From NCBI GenBank assembly GCA_019358915.1, contig JAHHIM010000059.1, forward strand, positions 1-15,071: a DNA stretch of 15,071 nt, read 5' to 3'. The notes beneath the pieces were generated by a model, which was not told where the DNA came from, did no database searches, and saw nothing but the letters and a program-made list of their open reading frames with translations. This stretch comes from Trichormus sp. ATA11-4-KO1 (GTDB lineage Bacteria; Cyanobacteriota; Cyanobacteriia; Cyanobacteriales; Nostocaceae). Of the stretch, positions 8,929 through 15,071 are shown piece after piece; positions within the stretch are counted from its first letter, which is position 1, and every line of letters begins with the position of its first letter. The position numbers were made by a program, and so were the translations under genes.

Positions 8929-8954
8929 AATCCCTACTGGATACGCTTTTCAGT

Positions 8955-8992
8955 CTTAGCGTACAATTTTCCCGTTTTGGCACGGTGATGCC
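8955..8992 (-). repeat. Tn3 right terminal inverted repeat (GGCATCACCGTGCCAAAACGGGAAAATTGTACGCTAAG on the - strand)
   Basis: 35/38 match to the left IR; 26 bp after the tnpA stop. Confidence 0.93.
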
Positions 8993-9509
8993 TTTCTCCT
9001 CTACCCAGAATTCTCAGCCACAATGTTTCTGCTGTAACAGGTAGCTCATTAACTGCTATGATTGCTCCTCTGAAACCCTGTTGGAAAAAGTAAACTCCAC
9101 CTGGCCAATTCTCTAAGTCTAGTTTAAACTCGAAATCGACTAATAGCGTTTCTGAGACACTAGGCGATATGAGCCAAAGCCGCGCCAAGCCATCTTCTGC
9201 TAATCTTCTTCTTTCTCGTTTAGCTTTGCGTTGTGCATTGGCTATGGCGGCAAACAGCTTGAGAAAGCAGTTACGTATTTCTGTTGCAGTAGGTTGATTG
9301 CGAAACGGCTCTAACAAAGCAGTGTTCATCAAGGCAATTCTGCCCAACAATCCTAAGTTTGGGTCTTGAGCTTGCGATGCTGGTGTAAATAGTACATCGA
9401 CAAACCTTGTTTCATCCCTGACTTCCTGATTAGTTCGTACCTCTCCCAACGGAGCAAGTAACTCCTCCAAAAACTGTTTTGCAAATTGATCGTGCGGTTT
9501 TGTTGTCAT
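8993..9509 (-). pseudogene. Rpn/DUF4351-associated PD-(D/E)XK-like cyanobacterial protein, 3'-truncated by the Tn3 end
   Basis: HDQFAKQFLEELL.P.G.V, VDV.F.P, LGLLG, EPFRN, ELP.T.ETLWLRILGRG motifs; the last 19 aa of the 8934-9509 ORF are read-through into the IR. Confidence 0.75.
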
Positions 9510-9593
9510 ATTTTAAATGCTAACCGTGTTGGATTATACTGCTCTGCTCTACTTATCTGTTTTTGTGGCATGATTCTTAAGGATTACAGTTTG

Positions 9594-9626
9594 GAGGCGA
9601 TTGCACCTACGAGCAGCAATCGCCTC
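9594..9626. terminator. 11-bp hairpin GAGGCGATTGC / GCAATCGCCTC just downstream of the ancestral stop of the leftward gene
   Basis: Perfect arms 9594-9604 and 9616-9626. Confidence 0.5.
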
Positions 9627-9665
9627 TCCTTAACTACGCCGCCACCAACTCCCGGCTTTCTGACA

Positions 9666-9816
9666 GAACAATTCGCAATTCGCAGTTCGCAATTGAAAAT
9701 GCGAATTGGAATTAATTGATTAATTGCCTAAAAGTGGGTACAAGCTCCCACTGATTTAATTGCGAATTGCGTTCGCGGAGCGTGCCGTAGGCTCTATTCA
9801 CAATTGCGAATTGGGT
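9666..9816. mobile_element. 151-bp MITE-like element with AATTGCG/CGCAATT heptamer arms, flanked by TGACA direct repeats
   Basis: TGACA at 9661-9665 and 9817-9821; terminal CAATTCGCAATT ... AATTGCGAATTG inverted arms; internal AGTGGG/CCCACT stem. Confidence 0.7.
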
Positions 9817-10395
9817 TGACACTGGCTCGTACTCCCACAGCCTTTGCCATTCTTCATCAGTTAATTGGTCAAACGGTCTGTCTAACAAGTCCTCGCAAGA
9901 TACAGCTTCATCTATCGACAGTGACAACACCGCATCAAACGCCGAATTACACGGGACTTTCTGTTGATGTACTGACGAAGCCCTCTTGACCCACCACTGA
10001 CCATTAGTACATCCGACTTGACCGAGGTTTCGGTCGCGGTGGTATATGCCGTCGCCTAGCAGGTCAAACCCGAACTTTTCGCATTCGTTGGCTATGTCTG
10101 CCTTAATTTCGTTGCCTGTGGTGCTTGGGGCTTTTGGCTGTTGCACTGGTAAAGTACCTTGTGCATAGTGCCATGTGATGTAGCTGTGGCACTTTGCCCA
10201 GGTGTTGGCGCGGTGGATTTCCTCACCGTTCACCACCACCAACCAGGGCTGCGTTACGAAGTCATCGTGATCATAAGTGATGCTGGCAATCAGTTCTTTG
10301 CCACAGTAAATCTCGTGATCGTAAAAGCTGATTTCGACAACTGTTAATTCTTCAACTTCTTTGGCGGGGGTTACAGTTGCTGTAGCGTATGTCAT
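9712..10395 (-). CDS. Hypothetical protein of the mobile module; C-terminus replaced by inserted repeat sequence
   Basis: ORF track (ATG 10410 or 10395; GGAG precedes 10395); downstream of a strong leftward promoter. Confidence 0.75.
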   Translation of the reverse strand: MTYATATVTPAKEVEELTVVEISFYDHEIYCGKELIASITYDHDDFVTQPWLVVVNGEEIHRANTWAKCHSYITWHYAQGTLPVQQPKAPSTTGNEIKADIANECEKFGFDLLGDGIYHRDRNLGQVGCTNGQWWVKRASSVHQQKVPCNSAFDAVLSLSIDEAVSCEDLLDRPFDQLTDEEWQRLWEYEPVSTQFAIVNRAYGTLRERNSQLNQWELVPTFRQLIN

Positions 10396-10428
10396 AATTG
10401 TAATCTCCATTATGTGATTATGTGGAAT

Positions 10429-10470
10429 AAAGGCGATCGCAAACTTTCTCAGGGCTAGCGATCGCCTTTT
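10429..10470. terminator. HIP1-armed hairpin (AAAGGCGATCGC / GCGATCGCCTTT); terminator or attenuator in the leftward leader
   Basis: 12-bp perfect arms with A/T flanks on both sides. Confidence 0.6.
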
Positions 10471-10705
10471 GATTTACACGAAACAACGTTGTGGTTGACC
10501 ACAACGCACTCACAAAGCTTTGGCGTAGCCATACATTGAATGCCCCTAGCCAGTGACTGGAGCTACCAAACAAGAGACATAAGTCAGGCGACGGCTTTCG
10601 TCCTGTTGGTAATTCTTATTAAGAACTCCCGCAACCCTTATCTACCTTCAGCAGCTTTGACTATCCACTACTTCTGTTACCTGGGGGTATTGTTCTGTCC
10701 CGTTT

Positions 10706-10717
10706 TTGTCAAGGTTC
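10706..10717 (-). promoter_or_regulatory. boxA-like antitermination motif GAACCTTGACAA
   Basis: One mismatch to the cyanobacterial rrn boxA GAACCTTGAAAA; ~50 nt after the predicted TSS. Confidence 0.5.
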
Positions 10718-10771
10718 TGTGAATGCAAACTCTTTTGACGTTTAGATGCAGTGGGTTTGCTTTCTTTCTAT

Positions 10772-10800
10772 ATAGTAGTACCTCTAATGGTAGTAGTCAA
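10772..10800 (-). promoter_or_regulatory. Leftward sigma70 promoter TTGACT-17-TACTAT
   Basis: -35 at 10800-10795, -10 at 10777-10772 on the - strand. Confidence 0.75.
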
Positions 10801-10846
10801 TATAGTAGTAGTTACTTTTTGATAGAGATTTGTAATACTACTATTG

Positions 10847-10908
10847 GTTGCTTATAAGCAACTTTAATACCAATAGATGTAAATGCACAGGATTTACATC
10901 TATTGGTA
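10847..10908. promoter_or_regulatory. Palindromic operator candidates: 16-bp GTTGCTTATAAGCAAC and a 17-bp perfect IR TACCAATAGATGTAAAT/ATTTACATCTATTGGTA
   Basis: 10847-10862; arms 10868-10884 and 10892-10908, the latter overlapping the rightward -35. Confidence 0.65.
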
Positions 10909-10921
10909 GTACTACTATAAT
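10893..10921 (+). promoter_or_regulatory. Rightward sigma70 promoter TTTACA-17-TATAAT for the XRE gene
   Basis: -35 10893-10898, -10 10916-10921. Confidence 0.75.
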
Positions 10922-10941
10922 GGGAGCATTATTTGGAGAGA

Positions 10942-11268
10942 ATGATTGTGTTTATCGCATTAAAAAAATTGAGAGAGGGTGCGGGACTTTCTCAAAATGA
11001 TTTAGCTAGAAAGACTGGATATAGTCCTCAGTTCATTCAAAAAATTGAACAACATAAAGTTAAGTCACTCACATTAGAAGCAGCTGCAAGATTTTGTGAG
11101 GCCCTCAATTGCAAGCCTGGAGATTTGCTTGAAGAAGGTGAGCCACCGAAAAGATCAAATTTAGACAAAGGTGTTACCTTTAATTCCCAAACAAGAACAG
11201 AAATTTTAGGAAATAGAAGAAAAATGTCCGACGAAAGCGCTGAAGTTGATCTACTAAGAGCAGCATAA
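10942..11268 (+). CDS. XRE/Cro-C1 family HTH transcriptional regulator
   Basis: LKKLRE.AGLSQNDLARKTG.S.QFIQKIEQ......L....FCEALNC.PGDLLE; GGAG before ATG 10942. Confidence 0.9.
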   Translation: MIVFIALKKLREGAGLSQNDLARKTGYSPQFIQKIEQHKVKSLTLEAAARFCEALNCKPGDLLEEGEPPKRSNLDKGVTFNSQTRTEILGNRRKMSDESAEVDLLRAA

Positions 11269-11450
11269 ACACTAAAGGCGACCGCCGCCGACCAAAGCAA
11301 TGCGATCGCTTACTCAATCCGTTGACCAGAAAGTGAGCTAATTATAATGCTGGCATACTTTTGATGAAATCGAAAGATCAGTTAGATACTCACTTTGGTT
11401 AAATTGCGTCCCTGACTGTTTTTGTGCATTTACCATAGTGGGCAAGAAAT

Positions 11451-13358
11451 ATGCTGACACTAGAAGCCGAACCAACACCAGTCCTTGACTACAGCAATCT
11501 CAACACCAGCATCAAAGAAACATTCGCCGCCATTGACCGATTCGAGTGGCAAGCAGTAGACGAAATTCTCCAAATGCGGGAACAACAGCTTTACCATGAA
11601 GCTGGTTACAAAACCTTCGAGCAATACTGCCAGCATGAACTATCTGCCTGGGGTGGCTACCGGAGAATCAACCAACTGCTGGCAGCTAAGAAAGTCATTG
11701 ACGCATCCGGTGAGTTGGGCGGACACATCAAAAATGAACGCCAAGCTCGTCCCCTATTGCGTCTAGTCAAGGAACCAGACAAACTCAAACAAGCGGTTGC
11801 GATCGCACTGCAAGAAAATCCTTACCCTAGCGAATCAGATTTTGCTGCTGCGGCTCGAAAAGTGGTTCCTCAACTTCCACGCAAAAAGCAATCTGCTCAG
11901 GAACCAATGGTTCCCAAAATTCAAGAACCAATGGTTCCTGAAATTGCTAAAGTCACAGTTTCATCACAATCACATCCTCGCTATGGGGAATCGGGAACCA
12001 TTGAGGCAGACGCACCGAACCATTGGCAGCAGATTGTCACTTTCGCTGATGGTGAGAGAGTGCTGGTTAACAATGATAATTTGACTAATTTGAGTAATGA
12101 CACAATTGAGTCATTCAGTAATGAGCGCACGTACCCTCCAGAATATTCCGAAGCCATTGCTGCACTTGAAGAACAGCACAAACAAGAGTTAGAGCGACTG
12201 GAACAAGAGTTGAGGATTGGCATACAAACAGAAGCCAATGCCAGAGCTGAGGCACAAATCAAGGAGCAACTGGAGGCCTATCAAAAGTTACTCCAGCAGC
12301 AGAAGGAACAAAACATCCAGTTACAGCAACGGCTGGACGAAATGGAAAACCTACGTCAACTAGAGTTTGAGAACCAACAACTCAAGCAGCGTATCCAGGA
12401 GTTGGAACACGCCGTAGAGGAACATCCTAGCCAACAGTGGGGCAATACTCTGACCAAACAGGCGACCAAAGCATTAAACAAAGAAGTTAAGCAATCGCTA
12501 GAGAAAACCATTGATTTGCGATCGCTGGCCACCGAACCACCCAAAGAGAATGCCACCGAATGCTTACGGCTGATGGGCATGGCTTTGAGCAATCTTGCCA
12601 GTGCTATGAATAACACCCAAGCACTCCAGGCAGCTGCAATCATCCTCGGTAGTGAACCGACACCCTCTGCGATCGCATTTCGTGCTGAACAATTGCAGTT
12701 GCTGCCTGTGGCGGTTAGTGAGATTCGGCGGGTGCTGTCAAAGCCTGGGTGTACTTGGCAGGACTTTTGGGCAGTGGCTCAAGAGTATGAGGTTATCAAG
12801 CAAGATTATTGGGCGGAGTTAACACCCCAGGAAATAGACTTAATCACTACTTTGGAGAAAGCCGAATCCTGCAAGATTGAAAAAGGCAGAAGGCAGGAGG
12901 CAGAGGGCAGAAGGAACAAAACAGAAAGGGATTCTGACCCCTCCTGTTTTGGGGCCACTGAATCAGAGATTTCAGTAGGGGACTCAAACCCTTGCTCCCT
13001 TCGGTCGCGGCAGAAGACGGAGGACAGTATTCCTTCTGCCTCCTGCCCTCTGCCCTCTGCCTTTCTTGTTAAGGAACCAATGGTTCTTCACGAAACCCCT
13101 GCCGAGTCCGGTTCTTCTAATTGCGAATTGCGAACTGCGTTCGCGCCAGCGTGCCGGAGGCTCTATTGCGAATTGATTATCGGGCTTGGTTCTATCGTCT
13201 CTCACGCTGACCCCTACCGCACCTTGTATGTGGAACGGGGCGAAGTCGTAGAAGATTTGGGCGAAGAGTTGGTGGTGGCGTGGGATTGCTGGAAAGGGCA
13301 ATCGAAGAAAACTGACAGGTATTCCAGAGATGAGTTGCGGCTTTGGAAAGGCGAATAA
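11451..13358 (+). CDS. Large multidomain hypothetical protein: N-terminal putative HTH ('GYKTFEQYC...RINQL...NERQARPL'), KOW/SH3-like segments, long coiled coil
   Basis: 635-aa ORF; Q/E-rich coiled coil at ~aa 235-325; contains in-frame repeat insertions. Confidence 0.8.
   Translation: MLTLEAEPTPVLDYSNLNTSIKETFAAIDRFEWQAVDEILQMREQQLYHEAGYKTFEQYCQHELSAWGGYRRINQLLAAKKVIDASGELGGHIKNERQARPLLRLVKEPDKLKQAVAIALQENPYPSESDFAAAARKVVPQLPRKKQSAQEPMVPKIQEPMVPEIAKVTVSSQSHPRYGESGTIEADAPNHWQQIVTFADGERVLVNNDNLTNLSNDTIESFSNERTYPPEYSEAIAALEEQHKQELERLEQELRIGIQTEANARAEAQIKEQLEAYQKLLQQQKEQNIQLQQRLDEMENLRQLEFENQQLKQRIQELEHAVEEHPSQQWGNTLTKQATKALNKEVKQSLEKTIDLRSLATEPPKENATECLRLMGMALSNLASAMNNTQALQAAAIILGSEPTPSAIAFRAEQLQLLPVAVSEIRRVLSKPGCTWQDFWAVAQEYEVIKQDYWAELTPQEIDLITTLEKAESCKIEKGRRQEAEGRRNKTERDSDPSCFGATESEISVGDSNPCSLRSRQKTEDSIPSASCPLPSAFLVKEPMVLHETPAESGSSNCELRTAFAPACRRLYCELIIGLGSIVSHADPYRTLYVERGEVVEDLGEELVVAWDCWKGQSKKTDRYSRDELRLWKGE
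12882..13064. mobile_element. 183-bp MITE-like hairpin element with GGCAGAR/YTCTGCC heptamer arms, in frame within the CDS
   Basis: 35-bp imperfect terminal IRs 12882-12916 and 13030-13064; internal stems (CCCCT/AGGGG, ACTGAA/TTCAGT). Confidence 0.75.
13119..13175 (+). repeat. AATTGCG heptamer array with an embedded SDR-like unit, in frame (57 bp)
   Basis: AATTGCGAATTGCGAACTGC-GTTCGCGCCAGCGTGCCGGAGGCTCTATT-GCGAATTG; near copy at 9758-9812. Confidence 0.75.
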
Positions 13359-13447
13359 CCAGTAGGTAGAATTTCGCACCCAGTCCCTGAATGCAGCATG
13401 TTTGCAGTGCTGCTGATATTGTCCTGCATAAAAACTTGGAGTCAATT

Positions 13448-14518
13448 ATGAATGCAATCACAAATACTGACAAATTTTCTGTACTGGTCATACTGCGCCG
13501 GGAGTATCTGGATATTACAGGTAACTTCTGCGCGGCCAAGTTAATCGAATACTTCAGACATTGGACAAACTGGAAGATTAAGAATCACCGTACCTCTTGG
13601 ATTTACCAGCCACTCAAGCGAATTTACGCTGACCTAATGGGTGAACACAGTCTCCATGTGATCCGAAGTGCGATCGCTTTGCTTGAAGATATGGGCATCA
13701 TCTCTAAGCAGAAGAACCCAGGCAACGGTCAGGATAGAACTTGGCAGTATAAATTGCACTTTGATGTACTGAATCGGCTGTTAGAACATGGCAAGTGCAA
13801 AACTGAACATTCCAAATTCAATGCAGAACAATACCACAGAAACCATACTCAAGCTTCAAAGCCACAACAACACTCTGCTGTTGCGACTCAAAAAACTGAG
13901 GAACTGGGAACCGAAATTTCTGACTGTGAGGAAGAACCAATTTGCCCCACCACAGAACCAGAGCTACCCCAGACTACTTGCTTTGTTGCTGAACCAGAAC
14001 AAGATAACTCGACTGGCGAGACAGATACTCATGAAGACCATTCTTCCGCCGCCCCTGCCGCTTTAAATTTTCAGTTAGGAGACTCTGGCGATGATTACGC
14101 TTGTGAGCCTGTAGAAAAAACCAGCCAACCAACCCAGGAGGAAGTTCAACAAGTATTGCAGCAGCTACGAGAAATACCCTGTACGCCCCGATTGCGACTG
14201 AATTCAGAAATTCAACGTACAGTCAAACGCTTTTGGGAAAATGTACCAGGAGCGATCGCTTACCTGAAAGAGGCACTGCGGACTTGGAAAGGGATCAAAT
14301 CACCCGAAGCTGTATTTGTTGCTGCTTGTAAGGAAGGGCGAAAACCGGAGGCACAACAGGCCAAATCTACTACAATTACCTGGTTTGAATGGGCGCGTAG
14401 CCAGAGAATTGCACTTGCCATGTCTGGAGATGTGGTTTATACGCCGGATGGGGAGGCTGTGGAGTTGGCAGAGATGATGCGGCGGTTTCCGGTTGAATCA
14501 TGTCTGCTAGCACCCTAA
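13448..14518 (+). CDS. Putative replication initiator / replisome-organizer-like protein (N-terminal winged helix, acidic linker, C-terminal helical domain)
   Basis: 'AAKLIEYF..W......WIY.....IY.DL.......IR.AI..L...GII....NP....DRT..Y' wHTH pattern; C-terminal 'IKSPEAVF..AC.EG' motif; GGAG before ATG 13448; position after an XRE gene. Confidence 0.6.
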   Translation: MNAITNTDKFSVLVILRREYLDITGNFCAAKLIEYFRHWTNWKIKNHRTSWIYQPLKRIYADLMGEHSLHVIRSAIALLEDMGIISKQKNPGNGQDRTWQYKLHFDVLNRLLEHGKCKTEHSKFNAEQYHRNHTQASKPQQHSAVATQKTEELGTEISDCEEEPICPTTEPELPQTTCFVAEPEQDNSTGETDTHEDHSSAAPAALNFQLGDSGDDYACEPVEKTSQPTQEEVQQVLQQLREIPCTPRLRLNSEIQRTVKRFWENVPGAIAYLKEALRTWKGIKSPEAVFVAACKEGRKPEAQQAKSTTITWFEWARSQRIALAMSGDVVYTPDGEAVELAEMMRRFPVESCLLAP

Positions 14519-14954
14519 AAAATTGGGTGTGATTTCTTCCACTACACACATAAAAACCCCGTCCCATGAGGAAACGAGGCTAATAAATCTAGCAAATGTA
14601 ATGAATTTAGTGTTACTTTATGACAAATATCAGCCTGAAAGATGAGTCTTTAGAGAGAGAAAACATCAACGCAATGTAAATTTAAGTAGCAAATCATACC
14701 TAAAACAATGTATCGTGTCGGCATCTGGGTTTGCTTTTTCTTATACTTTACATTCTCCAGAGTGTGCGCCTGTCCTTTTTCTACAGTGGACAGAACTGAA
14801 CCTTGGCTGAGGTTATTCAAATTTATTAGGGTCTAAATCAGGAGGAAATATAATAAGTTCTCGCGCTGAAGATAGCAATGCTTGATAGTAAAGAGAAATT
14901 GCTTTTGATAAATAACAGTATTTAATTGGTACCCATTGGTTGTCACCTTTTTTA

Positions 14955-15005
14955 AATTCAAAATTCAAAATTCAAAATAGCAGCCCAAGGCACGCTACCG
15001 CGAAC
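14955..15005 (-). repeat. AATTCAA heptamer array with a third SDR-like copy
   Basis: AATTCAAAATTCAAAATTCAAAAT then (- strand) GTTCGCGGTAGCGTGCCTTGGGCTGCTATT. Confidence 0.7.
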
Positions 15006-15071
15006 AAAATGAAGAATAAGAAAAATTTTGGAATTGATTCATTCGCTCGTTCAAGCCCCCGTCACAATCTC

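Larger units (their letters stand above)
5665..8992 (+). mobile_element. Tn3-family transposon (degenerate) with a tyrosine recombinase
   Basis: 38-bp terminal IRs (35/38 identical) enclosing a recombinase and tnpA. Confidence 0.92.

Noticed and set aside
8934..8992. C-terminal RHHRAKTGKLYAKTEKRIQ of the 191-aa ORF
   Set aside because: This is translation of the transposon IR, not native sequence
10580..10650. Hammerhead ribozyme on the - strand (CTGCTGA ... CGAAA ... GTC)
   Set aside because: The core deviates from CUGANGA, and I could not form stems I-III in the required geometry
9712..14518. Intact prophage
   Set aside because: No structural, terminase or lysis genes lie in the window; only the control and replication-like module is visible
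1092..14567. Short antisense and alternate-frame ORFs in the track (e.g. 1092-1370, 1926-2258, 3217-3504, 9486-9719, 10540-10722, 12984-13445, 13788-14066)
   Set aside because: They overlap well-supported genes or repeats and show no recognisable motifs or RBS
14519..15071. Gene or RNA after the rep-like CDS
   Set aside because: AT-rich with no ORF of 60 aa or more and only a weak hairpin near 14552-14580; nothing supportable beyond the repeat

Overview
Accessory DNA, probably plasmid or integrated element, from a heterocystous cyanobacterium (Nostoc-like). This is supported by about 14 HIP1 octamers (GCGATCGC), heptamer STRR arrays and SDR-like repeats. There are three blocks. (1) 1-5502 is a co-oriented cargo cluster: Rid-family protein, SgcJ/EcaC NTF2-like protein, peptidoglycan-binding protein, small exported protein, a chimeric NTF2::prolyl-oligopeptidase pseudogene joined exactly at a HIP1 site, YcaC isochorismatase-family hydrolase and an SLH/OprB-type porin. 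(2) 5665-8992 is a decayed Tn3-family transposon with 38-bp terminal IRs. It carries a FimB/FimE-like tyrosine recombinase with a candidate recombination site, an unannotated double-zinc-ribbon remnant and an internally deleted tnpA, and it truncates an Rpn/DUF4351-like gene. (3) 9632-14518 is a phage/plasmid-like control and replication module: back-to-back sigma70 promoters with palindromic operators, a ~355-nt structured leader with a boxA-like motif, an XRE regulator, a large coiled-coil protein whose gene contains repeated GGAACCAATGGTTCC palindromes, and a winged-helix replication-initiator-like gene with internal 21-bp periodic repeats. Small STRR-armed elements have rewritten several of these proteins. 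All family assignments are from motif recognition; no database search was run.
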